A stretch of 64,000 bases of DNA, from contig OZ245842.1 of NCBI GenBank assembly GCA_965228895.1, positions 5,280,001 through 5,344,000 of the forward strand, read 5' to 3'. Each line of letters opens with the position of its first letter. Within the stretch, counting starts at the first letter, position 1. The notes under the pieces are model-generated. The model was not told the origin of the DNA and did no database searches. It worked only from the letters and a program-made list of their open reading frames with translations. The DNA is from Alphaproteobacteria bacterium. Its GTDB lineage: Bacteria; Pseudomonadota; Alphaproteobacteria; SP197. Shown here one piece after another: positions 27,753-36,910 of this stretch. Both the position numbers and the translations under genes were made by a program.

Positions 27753-27893
27753 TTAGAGCGGATCATGGTTAGGGGGAACCGCTTGACGGTTCCCCCTAAC
27801 CATGTGAATCCGCTCTCCATCTTTGAGTAGAGCAGATTCACCTGCCTTGAAGGGATCGCGAAGCGATCCCTTCGAAAACAGGATCTGCTCGAA
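27753..27893. repeat. Double-hairpin intergenic repeat, family A copy 1 (MITE/RIME-like)
   Basis: TTAGAGCGGATC..GAATCCGCTCT + spacer + AGAGCAGATTC..GATCTGCTC; matches 41658-41797 in reverse orientation. Confidence 0.85.
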
Positions 27894-27895
27894 GC

Positions 27896-27940
27896 AAAAA
27901 AAGGGCCGGCGCCTGGATGAGGCGCCGGCCCGTTTCTTTT
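27896..27940. terminator. Bidirectional rho-independent terminator
   Basis: A-run, GGGCCGGCGCCT-ggatg-AGGCGCCGGCCC, then GTTTCTTTT, between convergent genes. Confidence 0.85.
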
Positions 27941-27959
27941 GGTACGGATGAAGCGGTTG

Positions 27960-29363
27960 TTACTCGGCCGCTTCGGCGCCCGCTTCGCTCATCAGGCGTT
28001 CGGCCAGCGCCTTCTTCTGACCGGCGTCCATCTTCTTGACTTCGTTGTCGATGGCGCGCTCGTTGATCGCCTGGTTCCAGTAGTCCAGCGAGTCGAAGCC
28101 CAGCAACGCGTACTTACCGACAAACTGACGCAAGACTTCGTTGGTCGGGCCCATGACCCAGCCGGCCTTGCCGTCACGCAGCAGCCGCTCCATGCCGAGC
28201 GAGGCCTTGTAGGCCGAACCGCCGCAGGCATGCAGCATCTTGTCGGAGACCTCGTGCACGTTCTTGGCCGCCTGGAACTTGATCTGCCACATCCAAGGCA
28301 GTAGCTCGGAGCGCGGCAGGGCGGCAATGTCCTTGTGGATCGACCAATCACAGTTGTTGGTCACATCGTCCAGCGCGCGGGCCATGCTGTAGACGAACAT
28401 GCGGCTGGCATTGGTGCTGATGATGGCTTCGCCGACATAGTCCTGAATGGTCGGGTAGTCGCACACGCGCAGGCCGACGTCGACGTGTTTCTTGCGGGTC
28501 GTGTGCTGCTTGGCCAGATCGATCATCGCCATGGAAATGCCGTTCCAGGCGCATGACGAATTGATCAGGAAGAACGGATCGACGGACTCATCGTTAGAAG
28601 CCGCGCCGTCACCGCGGGGTCCGACCATGCGGTCGGCCGGAATCTCCAGGTTGTCGACCAGAAGCGTGCCCGACTGGTTGCCGCGCAGGCCCATGCCGTC
28701 CCACTTCGCCGGCTCGGCCTTCACCTCGTCGGCCATGCACAGGAAGACCGAGAGATCCGAATAGTCGCCGTTAAAGTCCGGGCTGGTCGTCTGCATGATG
28801 TACCAGTCGGCGAAGCCGCCGGAGGTGCACCACGAGGCTTTCTTCAAGACCTTCCAGCCGTTCTCCGTCTTCTCGGCGTTCGACGAGACGGGATACCAGA
28901 AATGCGAGCCGGTCTCCGGATCGGAATACGACAGCGTGCCGATCATGACGTCCTTGTCGACGCGGCTTAAGATGTCGCGCAGCGTATCGTTGTCGTGATG
29001 GCGCAGTGCCGCCGCGGCGACGGCGCCGTAGTGCATGGTCAAGCACATGGCCGTCGAAGGACAGCCGTAACGCGCGACGGCCTCACAGACCATGGCCATG
29101 GTGACGTGGTTCTGACCCATGCCGCCCAGTTCCTTCGGCACCGTCAGGCCGAGCACACCGAGCGAGGCAAGCGCCTCGAAGTTCTTGCGCGGGAAAACAA
29201 AACCCTGATCGGATTCGACGGCGTTTTCGCGCAAGGTCGACGCGCTGAGCGCGATGATTTTTTCCTGAAGTTCCTTCTGTTCGTCGTCGAACAGAAACTG
29301 CGGATCGAATTCATAGCCGAGGCCCTGGAATTCCTCCGAGCCCCACATTTTGGTATCGCTCAT
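27960..29363 (-). CDS. Acyl-CoA dehydrogenase-fold flavoprotein (atypical)
   Basis: LGLTVPKELGG, CPSTAMCLTMH, SYSDPETGSH, WDGMGLRGNQS, GGSAY..ERLLRD; ATG 29363. Confidence 0.85.
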   Translation of the reverse strand: MSDTKMWGSEEFQGLGYEFDPQFLFDDEQKELQEKIIALSASTLRENAVESDQGFVFPRKNFEALASLGVLGLTVPKELGGMGQNHVTMAMVCEAVARYGCPSTAMCLTMHYGAVAAAALRHHDNDTLRDILSRVDKDVMIGTLSYSDPETGSHFWYPVSSNAEKTENGWKVLKKASWCTSGGFADWYIMQTTSPDFNGDYSDLSVFLCMADEVKAEPAKWDGMGLRGNQSGTLLVDNLEIPADRMVGPRGDGAASNDESVDPFFLINSSCAWNGISMAMIDLAKQHTTRKKHVDVGLRVCDYPTIQDYVGEAIISTNASRMFVYSMARALDDVTNNCDWSIHKDIAALPRSELLPWMWQIKFQAAKNVHEVSDKMLHACGGSAYKASLGMERLLRDGKAGWVMGPTNEVLRQFVGKYALLGFDSLDYWNQAINERAIDNEVKKMDAGQKKALAERLMSEAGAEAAE

Positions 29364-29475
29364 TTGTCCCACCCCGATGTTCGTGGCAACCACCCTTTTG
29401 GCCTCGCTTGACGAGGCCTTACTCCCTGCATAGCACCGCATCGGCGAAGCGTGCAACTTGCGCCGCCGCGGTCAA

Positions 29476-29502
29476 AACGGTTAGACCAATTCGATACCAA
29501 TT
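29476..29502. promoter_or_regulatory. Candidate GntR/FadR-subfamily operator(s)
   Basis: GGT-TAG-ACCAATT overlapping AATTCGATACCAATT in the divergent ACAD/SBP intergenic region. Confidence 0.35.
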
Positions 29503-29773
29503 GTGCGCTGCGGCATGCCAATTCGAACGCCTTGCGAATCAAATGTTTGACCGCTTCACGTCCCCGCTGGCGCCTGCATTGGCGGCGGGACGTCGCCCAA
29601 TCGGGGACCTGCCATCGCAATAGGTTCGATTTCCCGAACGGCGCTGCCGGAGTCGCTACCGCCAATTGGTTGGGGTCTGACGGACCCGGCGCAGTTGCAA
29701 AGTCGGAATCGCCAACCAATCAATCTCCTGCCTATAATGACGGCGCTTGGCTTCATGACATCTGGGGAGACAC

Positions 29774-31069
29774 GTGAAAATGGCCATGAGACATTTGAAC
29801 CGACGTCACTTTCTGGGCACGTCGGCCGCCGTCGGCGCCTCGGCGCTGACCGGTCTGGGCCGTCCCGGCAAGGCGAACGCGGACAACGATACAATCAAGA
29901 TCGGTTTTCTGGCGCCGTTGACCGGCGATGTCGCGGCCTGGGGGCTGCCCGGCCTCTATGGTTGCGAGATCTGGGCCGACAACCACAACACCATGGGCGG
30001 CGTCGAGATCGGCGGCACGATGTACAACATCGAGATGGTGTCCTACGACAACGAGTATCTGCCCGATAAGGCGAAGACGGGCGCCACCAAGCTGATCAAG
30101 GAAGACGGCGTCAAGTTCATCCAGATGCTGGGCGGCGATACCTGGCCGGCGGTGCAGCCGATCGCCAACCGCGAGAAGATGCTGGTGTCGACGCTTCTGC
30201 CGTCGGATCTGTCGCCCGACACGCCTTATCTGGTCGCGCCCGCCGAGGTGCATCCGATCTATAACGTGACCGGCGTCTGGTGGATGGCCGAGAACATGCC
30301 GGATGCGAAAACGGCGGTCATCTGCGCCCAGGACGATGCGCTGGGCCGGCCTTCGGTCGCGACCTATCAGGCGGCGTTCGCGGCGCACGACATCGCGGTC
30401 AACGACACCATCTTCTTCGACATCTCGACCACCGACTTCGCGCCGGTCATGACGTCGATGCTGGCGTCGAACCCGGACGTGCTGTGCCTGGATACGGCCT
30501 ATGCCGAATACGTCAACGAGCTCTGCAAGCAAGCCTATGAGCAGGGTTACAAGGGCCAGATCATATCCTGCACGGCGGATTTCTACGCCGACATCATCGC
30601 CAACACGTCGGAAGAATTCATGGAAGGCATGATCTTCCAGTTCCCGGACTTTGACGATCCCGCGCTCAACGATCCGCGCATCAACTTCGGCGATCCAAAC
30701 GGCTTCTTCACGACCTATAACGAAAAACACCCCGGTGAATGGGGTGCGGTGTCGTGGGAGTACGCCTCGATCCTGGATCTCTGGCTCTCCGGTGCGCAGA
30801 AGGCGGGCAGCCCGGAACCGGAAGACGTGCTGGCCGGCATGAAGGACGGCGGCATCGGCGCCCATGCCTTCGGCGAAGCCAACTGGTGGGGCGAAGAGCT
30901 GTTCGGCATCGACAACGCGCTTGTCGGCAACTGGCCGGTGGTGCAGATCCAGAACGGCAAGGCCGTGATCGTGGAGTTCAAGAGCATTCCCGAGTGGTGG
31001 GACAAGCACAAGGACGTCACGATCGAGAAGTTCGAGGCACTCGGCGAGATGTGGTACCAGCGCTCCTAA
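29774..31069 (+). CDS. Liv/HAAT-type ABC substrate-binding protein with Tat signal
   Basis: NRRHFL twin-arginine motif, IKIGFLAPLTG, TTDFAPV. Confidence 0.9.
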   Translation: MKMAMRHLNRRHFLGTSAAVGASALTGLGRPGKANADNDTIKIGFLAPLTGDVAAWGLPGLYGCEIWADNHNTMGGVEIGGTMYNIEMVSYDNEYLPDKAKTGATKLIKEDGVKFIQMLGGDTWPAVQPIANREKMLVSTLLPSDLSPDTPYLVAPAEVHPIYNVTGVWWMAENMPDAKTAVICAQDDALGRPSVATYQAAFAAHDIAVNDTIFFDISTTDFAPVMTSMLASNPDVLCLDTAYAEYVNELCKQAYEQGYKGQIISCTADFYADIIANTSEEFMEGMIFQFPDFDDPALNDPRINFGDPNGFFTTYNEKHPGEWGAVSWEYASILDLWLSGAQKAGSPEPEDVLAGMKDGGIGAHAFGEANWWGEELFGIDNALVGNWPVVQIQNGKAVIVEFKSIPEWWDKHKDVTIEKFEALGEMWYQRS

Positions 31070-31122
31070 GCGCGCCGGCACCGACCTTGCGCAAGGTGAC
31101 CTTGTGTAACTTTTGAACGACG

Positions 31123-31158
31123 AACCCTCCTCCGGTTTTTCGGGGGAGGGTTTGTTGT
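31123..31158 (+). terminator. Stem-loop after SBP gene (attenuator or mRNA stabiliser)
   Basis: AACCCTCCTCCG/CGGGGGAGGGTT then TGTTGT. Confidence 0.6.
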
Positions 31159-31198
31159 TATCGAACCAACACTTTATGCCGGACTATTGTGAAGCCCC

Positions 31199-32080
31199 AT
31201 GATTGATGGCGCGCTTTTGCTTCAGACATGTCTCAACGCGATCTACGCGGCGAGTTACCTGTCGCTGATCGCGGTCGGCCTGGTGCTGATCTTCGGCGTC
31301 ATGCGCGTCATCAACTTCGCCCACGGCGAACTCTACATGGTCGGCGCGTACGCGCTGTTCTGGGTGTTCTCGCAAAACGAATTGCCGTTTTTCCTGGGCG
31401 TCGCCGTGGCGATTGTCGGCGTTGGCCTGATCGGGCTGATCATGGAGCGCGCGCTGTTTCGTCCCATGCGCGACAACCCGTTGGGCGGCCTCATCATGTC
31501 GATCGGCGTGTTGTTGATGTTGCAGGCGCTTGCCGTGCAAGCCTTCGGTGTCCGCAAAAAATCGATCCCCGGTCCCTATCACGGCAGCATCGAGCTGTTC
31601 GGTATAGAGGGTCTGACGATCTCGGCCCAGCGACTGGTTGTCATTATCTTTGCCGTCGTGATCTTGAGCGCGCTTTGGCTGTTCCTGAAGCGCAGCAAGC
31701 TCGGTTGGGCGTTGCGCGCTGTGGCCCAAGACCGCGAAGCCGCGTCGCTGCAGGGCATCTCCATCGGCAAGATATCCATGCTCGCCATGGTGCTGGGCGC
31801 GGCCCTGGCCGGCGCCGCCGGCGCGTTGACCGCGACCATCGTGCCGACCGGACCCTATATGGGGCATTCGGTGATCATCGCCGCCTTCATCGTCATCATC
31901 GTCGGCGGTATCGGCAGTCTGGAAGGCGCGGTGGTCGCGTCGATCCTCTATGCCTTCGTCAGCACCTTCGTCACCACCTTCGCCGACGGCGTGATCGCCG
32001 ACATTGTCGGCCTGCTCTTGATGTTCGCGGTGTTGATCGTCAGGCCTCATGGCCTGTTCGGCAAGCCGGAGCGGGCATGA
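31199..32080 (+). CDS. LivH-type ABC permease
   Basis: GLVLIFGVMRVINFAHGE, GWALRAVAQDREAA, GGIGSLEGA, RPHGLFG. Confidence 0.92.
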   Translation: MIDGALLLQTCLNAIYAASYLSLIAVGLVLIFGVMRVINFAHGELYMVGAYALFWVFSQNELPFFLGVAVAIVGVGLIGLIMERALFRPMRDNPLGGLIMSIGVLLMLQALAVQAFGVRKKSIPGPYHGSIELFGIEGLTISAQRLVVIIFAVVILSALWLFLKRSKLGWALRAVAQDREAASLQGISIGKISMLAMVLGAALAGAAGALTATIVPTGPYMGHSVIIAAFIVIIVGGIGSLEGAVVASILYAFVSTFVTTFADGVIADIVGLLLMFAVLIVRPHGLFGKPERA

Positions 32081-33171
32081 GCTATTTCGTCTGGGCGCTC
32101 CTGATCCTCGCGCCGCTGCTCTTGGCCGGGCTAACCCAGGCCGGTGGCGCGATTGCGGGCAGCGGTCGCCAGCGGACGACGTGGCTGTGGGTCGCCGGTG
32201 TCATCGGTGTCGCGGCCTTGATGATCGCACCGCACCTCGTGACCTATTCCCAGCAGGAACTGCTGGTCTTTCTGGTCATCAACATTCTTATCGTCGCCAG
32301 CTACCGCCTGCTGACGTTGACCGGCGAGTTCTCGTTGGCCCATGTCGTCATCGTCGGCGTCGGCGCGTACGGTTCGGCCATTCTCACCAAACAGGTCGGC
32401 ATACCCGTGCCGATCTCCATGCTGCTCGGCGCGGCCATCGCCGGGTTGGTCGCCTTCATCCTGAGTTTCCCGCTCTTCCGCATGAAGGCGTTTTACTTCC
32501 TGATCGGCTCCTTCGCCGCCGGTGAGGTCATCCGGCTTTTGTGGAAGCGCTTTCGCGAACCGTTCGGCGGACCGAAGGGCATCAAGCTGATCCCGGAGTT
32601 TCCGGGGTTCGAGATCTTCGGCATTCCGTTCGAGTTCTATGAACCCGTGACGTTCTACTACTTCGCGCTGATCGTCGTCGGCCTGTCGCTATGGCTGCTG
32701 TGGCGGATCGAGAACTCACGTATCGGACTGACCTTCCACGCCGTCCACTGGCAGGACCAGCTGGCCGACTCGCTCGGCGTCAACACCCGGCGCTATCGTA
32801 CGCTGGCCTTCGTCATCGCGTCGGTCTTCGCCGGCTTGGCCGGCGCGCTGCTGGCGCATTACCTGGGCACCATCAATCCCAACCGTTTCGACGTCGAGGA
32901 AATGGTCTATGTGCTGATCTGGGTGATCGTCGGCGGCACCGCGACGCTGTGGGGACCGATCATCGGTCTGATCGCGTTGACTGTCGTCAACGAAGTCATC
33001 CTGCGCGAGCTGGAGGTCGATGAACTCCGGCCGCTGTTCTATGGCGCGGTCCTGATCCTGGCCATGCTGTTTCTGCCATCGGGTCTGGAGACCTTGCCGC
33101 GCAAGATCAAGGAGCGTTTCGCCCGTCGTTCGCCGAGAAGCGATGCCGTCGGTACATCGGAACCCAGCTAG
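32077..33171 (+). CDS. LivM-type ABC permease
   Basis: GEFSLAH, VGAYGSA, FGGPKG, VIVGGTATLWGP, FLPSGL; ATG overlaps livH-like stop (ATGA). Confidence 0.9.
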   Translation: MSYFVWALLILAPLLLAGLTQAGGAIAGSGRQRTTWLWVAGVIGVAALMIAPHLVTYSQQELLVFLVINILIVASYRLLTLTGEFSLAHVVIVGVGAYGSAILTKQVGIPVPISMLLGAAIAGLVAFILSFPLFRMKAFYFLIGSFAAGEVIRLLWKRFREPFGGPKGIKLIPEFPGFEIFGIPFEFYEPVTFYYFALIVVGLSLWLLWRIENSRIGLTFHAVHWQDQLADSLGVNTRRYRTLAFVIASVFAGLAGALLAHYLGTINPNRFDVEEMVYVLIWVIVGGTATLWGPIIGLIALTVVNEVILRELEVDELRPLFYGAVLILAMLFLPSGLETLPRKIKERFARRSPRSDAVGTSEPS

Positions 33172-33177
33172 CCGGCG

Positions 33178-33756
33178 TCAAACCGGCCGCTGCATCACCG
33201 TGGCGCTGGTGAAGCCGAACAGACGTCGGCCCAGGCCACCCAGGTTCTCCGTCTTGACCGGCGTAAAACCGAAGCGTTCATAGAGCCGTTTGGCGCTGGG
33301 GTTGGTATCGATCACCGAAAGCTGCACGGCGGTCTTGCCGACATCGGCGGCCAACGCGACCACCGCGTTCAGCAGTTTTGTTCCGATGCCGTGTCCGCGG
33401 AACGGTTCAGCGACCGTGATACCGTCCATCACCAGCAGGTGGTCCTGCTTGTCGCTATCGAGAAACCCCAGGCAGACCATGCCGAACAGCGCCCGCGTCC
33501 AACCGCGGTGTCGCGCCATGTCCGACAGAGACGGCGCGACGAGACCGCGCCCGTCCAGGTTGAACCCGGCAACGCCGGCGACGCTCGTGCCGTCGCGCGC
33601 GACGATAACGCGGTCATGATGCAGTGTCGGGGCGATGATGGCGGCTGCGGTATCGGCGTCGCCGAACGCGGGGCGAAACTTGCGGGCGAAGGCGGCGGCA
33701 TAGAGCGCCGCGACCGCTTCTTCGTCACCAGGCCTCATACCGATCGCGATATCCAT
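33178..33756 (-). CDS. GNAT-family N-acetyltransferase
   Basis: ITVAEPFRGHGIGTKLL acetyl-CoA motif, N..AKRLYERFGF; ATG 33756. Confidence 0.85.
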   Translation of the reverse strand: MDIAIGMRPGDEEAVAALYAAAFARKFRPAFGDADTAAAIIAPTLHHDRVIVARDGTSVAGVAGFNLDGRGLVAPSLSDMARHRGWTRALFGMVCLGFLDSDKQDHLLVMDGITVAEPFRGHGIGTKLLNAVVALAADVGKTAVQLSVIDTNPSAKRLYERFGFTPVKTENLGGLGRRLFGFTSATVMQRPV

Positions 33757-33853
33757 GACTGTAGATATGGGGCGGCCAAGAGGCCGTCGCCAGTCGGTGA
33801 CAAGGAGCAACGGGCAGCGGTCGGCGTTGCCGCCGCTGCCCGTCCGCCACGCG

Positions 33854-34705
33854 TTACGCCTGGGCCGAGGCCTCGATGCGGGCGACCGCTTCGTCGGTCG
33901 TCCACAGGCCGTTGGCGATGTAGCGGAAGTTGATGAGGGCGGCCATGTAGCCGTCGCCTTCCGGCAGTTTCGCCGCCGCGGTCGCATCGCGCACGACCGC
34001 GACCTCGAAACCCTGCTCCAAGAGTTCGTGGAGGTGTGCCTGGACGCACAAATTTGCCGACATGCCGGCCAGGATGACCTTGTCGATGCCGTTCTTGCGC
34101 AACTGCAGCACCAGGTCGTTCTGCTCGGGACCGTAGACCTTGTGCGGCGAGGCAACGATGGTTTTGCCGTCGTTGATGTAGGGTTTGTACTGCGGCATGA
34201 AGTCGGCGCCGGAACCGTCGAAACCTTCGGTGTTCAGCGGGCCGTCACGGTCGAACATGCCGATCGCATGCATCAGTTTTTCGAGCGGGCCTTCGAACTT
34301 CCAGCCGTGATCGGTCGGGTAGTAGTAGTGGGGCGAGATGGCGACGGTCATGCCGGCATCCTTGGCCGCGACCATCAGCCGCTCGATGTTCTCGACGGTG
34401 CCGTGCTCGGTGACGCTCTCGCCGACCACGCCCCAGGTGACGCCGTCCGGGCTCAAGAAATCGATCTGAGGATCGGTGACGACGAGCGCGGTGCGCGACA
34501 GGTCGATCTCGACATCGGTCTGGGGCAGGGCGGGTTCAGCCGGGTCGGCATAGGCCGCCGTGTCAGCCCGGGCGGCGCTTGGCGCAACCGCCGCGGCGCC
34601 GGCGGCAGCGGCGACAAACCCGGCGCTGCCGGTGGTCAGCGCGACGCGGCGCGTGACGCCGTGGTCATGGTCATGACTGTGATCGTGGTCGTGATCTCTG
34701 GGCAT
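33854..34705 (-). CDS. Isochorismatase-family cysteine hydrolase with His-rich leader and Tat-like signal
   Basis: TALVVTDPQIDF, HKVY, GMSANLCV (D-K-C triad), VVRDATA; SD AAGGAGG before ATG 34705. Confidence 0.88.
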   Translation of the reverse strand: MPRDHDHDHSHDHDHGVTRRVALTTGSAGFVAAAAGAAAVAPSAARADTAAYADPAEPALPQTDVEIDLSRTALVVTDPQIDFLSPDGVTWGVVGESVTEHGTVENIERLMVAAKDAGMTVAISPHYYYPTDHGWKFEGPLEKLMHAIGMFDRDGPLNTEGFDGSGADFMPQYKPYINDGKTIVASPHKVYGPEQNDLVLQLRKNGIDKVILAGMSANLCVQAHLHELLEQGFEVAVVRDATAAAKLPEGDGYMAALINFRYIANGLWTTDEAVARIEASAQA

Positions 34706-34826
34706 GGTCTGCCTCCTTGGCTGGAACGGCCCCCCGAAAAAGGGCGGTCCTGCTAAGTTAGGCGGGCTCACGTGTCTTTTTGTCTTCAAGAGGTGCCGGA
34801 TCGTCCAGAATGGCCGTTGCCCATAA

Positions 34827-35753
34827 TTGGAGACCCGCTTGATCCTGCTTGAACGCCTGCTCGCCGGCCTTGATGTCGCACTCGATCCGTTCTCGGTCTG
34901 CCGGGTGCGTCGCGCGACCGGCGCGGATCTCGGACGCCACGACGAGGCCATGCTGCACTATGTGCTGACCGGCAACGGCACCGTGCTGGTCGATGGTTGC
35001 GGTCCCCTGGCGGTCAGCCCGCGCACGCTCCTGATCTCGCCGCCCGGCCAGCGCCAGCGCTTCTATGCCGGCCAGGCGAGCGGCGGCCCGTCGGACCCGC
35101 CGATATGCGATGTCATCCTGCACGCCGGGCCGGTTCTGGCGGAGGAGACTGATGGGTTGCTCATGGTGTGCTCCACCGTCCATGCGACCTATCAGCAGAC
35201 CCGCGGCCTGTTCGATCACCTGCATGAGCCCATCGTTCTACCGCTCGCCGCGGGCGAAAGCCTGACGCTCGCCTTTGACAACCTGCTCGCCGAACTGGCC
35301 GAACCGCAGCCGGGGACCGAAGACATGGTGCAGCTTCTGTTGCGCCAGAGCCTGATCCTCTTGCTCCGGCGCTATTGCGAGGGCGGCGAGTGCCGGCTGC
35401 CGTGGCTGTCGGCGCTTGAAGATCACCGGCTGGGCGCGGCGCTGGAACGTATGCTGGAGCATCCGGATGCACCGCTGACGGTTCAGGATCTGGCTGACAC
35501 CGCGGGGATGAGCCGCTCCGCGTTTTCCCAGCACTTTGCCGAAGCGTTCGGCCAGCCGCCGATGGAAATGTTCCAGGAGCTCCGGTTGCGCCAGGCGGCG
35601 AAACTGCTGCGTGATACCGACATGCCGGTCAAGCAGTTGGCCGCCCGGCTTGGTTATGCCAGCCGCAGCCACTTCTCACGCAGCTTTCGTCATCAGTTCG
35701 GCATGGCGCCGCTGGACTTCCGGGTGGGTCAGGCGAGCGGCAAGCGCCGATAA
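34827..35753 (+). CDS. AraC-family transcriptional regulator (cupin + HTH)
   Basis: LHYVLTG cupin, LADTAGMSRSAF, LGYAS.SHFSRSF; divergent from the hydrolase. Confidence 0.9.
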   Translation: METRLILLERLLAGLDVALDPFSVCRVRRATGADLGRHDEAMLHYVLTGNGTVLVDGCGPLAVSPRTLLISPPGQRQRFYAGQASGGPSDPPICDVILHAGPVLAEETDGLLMVCSTVHATYQQTRGLFDHLHEPIVLPLAAGESLTLAFDNLLAELAEPQPGTEDMVQLLLRQSLILLLRRYCEGGECRLPWLSALEDHRLGAALERMLEHPDAPLTVQDLADTAGMSRSAFSQHFAEAFGQPPMEMFQELRLRQAAKLLRDTDMPVKQLAARLGYASRSHFSRSFRHQFGMAPLDFRVGQASGKRR

Positions 35754-36910
35754 CGTCCGCCGAGCGCGGGGTCGACGTAGTAGCTCAGTGGGCCTTCGTC
35801 GACAAACAGGCGATGGGCGTAGGCAAGCCGGTCGCGGTCAAGCGTCACGCCGAGCCCCGGGCCCGTTGGGACCGGCAGAACGTTGTCGGTCGGCCGGAAC
35901 GGCCCGCCCTCGACGACGTCAAGCGCCTGCCAGGCGAAGATCGACTGGCTGGGTTCGCGGATATGGTGCAGCGCGGCAGCCATGTGCAGATAGGCCGAGG
36001 TCATGATGCCGCTGTCGCCGCTGTAGAACCAGAAGTCGATCCCCATCTCTTCGGCTGCGCCGACAAAACGTTGGGTGCGCGCGATGCCGCCCAGCGCGGC
36101 GATGTTGACGACAACCGCATCCGGCGCGCCGAGCGCCGCCGCACGCCTGAGGTCGGGCAGATGCGCGGAGAACGGAACTGACGTGTGGCGTCTGAGCTTC
36201 GCCATCTCCTCGAAGCTCGCGACCGGTTCCTCCCAGTTGCGGATATCGAGCGGCTCGATCTCGCGCGCAATACGGATGGCCGTGGGCACGGTGTAGGCCA
36301 TGTTGGAATCAAGCCGGATCATGGCGTCGGGACCCAGGCGCTGGCGCAGGGTGCGCACGACGGCGACGGAAAGCGCGGCGTCTTCGAAGGCGACCTTGCC
36401 CTCAAAATAGGTCGAGCCGTGGGCCTCCCGCTTGGCCTGGCAGTAATCGGCGATCGCCTCGGGGCTCGACTCGCCGCCCTTGCTGTCGCGTTCGGCGCGG
36501 TAGGCGAAGTATTCGGTGAACGGGATCTCGTCGCGCACCGCGCCGCCCAAGAGCGTTGCGACCGGTACCCCCCAGAGCTTGCCGCGCAGATCCCAGAGCG
36601 CGATCTCAATGGCACCGAAAGCCCGCAGCGCACCACTGTCGTCGGTGTTGACGCTGGTCCGAACCTCCGGCAGGCAGCGTGCCTCGGCGCCCGCGATATC
36701 GAGAGCGTCCGTGCCGATAAGGCGTTCGGCAAGTGCCTCGATGGCCAGAGCTTCACCATGCGACGGCGATTCTCCCAGTCCGGTCAGACCCTGATCGGTC
36801 TCGACCTCGACGATGGTTTTCGAGAAGCCCGGATGCTCGCCCAGCGCCCAGATATAGGGTGCTTCGAGCGGCAGGTTGACCGGGGTCGCGCGGATGGCGG
36901 TGATCTTCAT
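35729..36910 (-). CDS. Enolase-superfamily (mandelate racemase / glucarate dehydratase-like) enzyme
   Basis: TIVEVETDQGLTGLGE, IEIALWDLRGK..GVPV..LLGG..RD, RLDSN, WEEP, PTGPGLGVTLD. Confidence 0.88.
   Translation of the reverse strand: MKITAIRATPVNLPLEAPYIWALGEHPGFSKTIVEVETDQGLTGLGESPSHGEALAIEALAERLIGTDALDIAGAEARCLPEVRTSVNTDDSGALRAFGAIEIALWDLRGKLWGVPVATLLGGAVRDEIPFTEYFAYRAERDSKGGESSPEAIADYCQAKREAHGSTYFEGKVAFEDAALSVAVVRTLRQRLGPDAMIRLDSNMAYTVPTAIRIAREIEPLDIRNWEEPVASFEEMAKLRRHTSVPFSAHLPDLRRAAALGAPDAVVVNIAALGGIARTQRFVGAAEEMGIDFWFYSGDSGIMTSAYLHMAAALHHIREPSQSIFAWQALDVVEGGPFRPTDNVLPVPTGPGLGVTLDRDRLAYAHRLFVDEGPLSYYVDPALGGRYRRLPLA

Noticed and set aside
27753-27893. CRISPR array, tRNA or riboswitch reading of the hairpin repeats
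   Set aside because: No repeat-spacer periodicity, no cas genes, no cloverleaf; copies are dispersed in both orientations and in varied gene contexts.
31228-33171. 647-aa ORF as a fused permease
   Set aside because: Its N-terminal part overlaps the livH-like gene out of frame; the real gene starts at the ATGA overlap at 32077.
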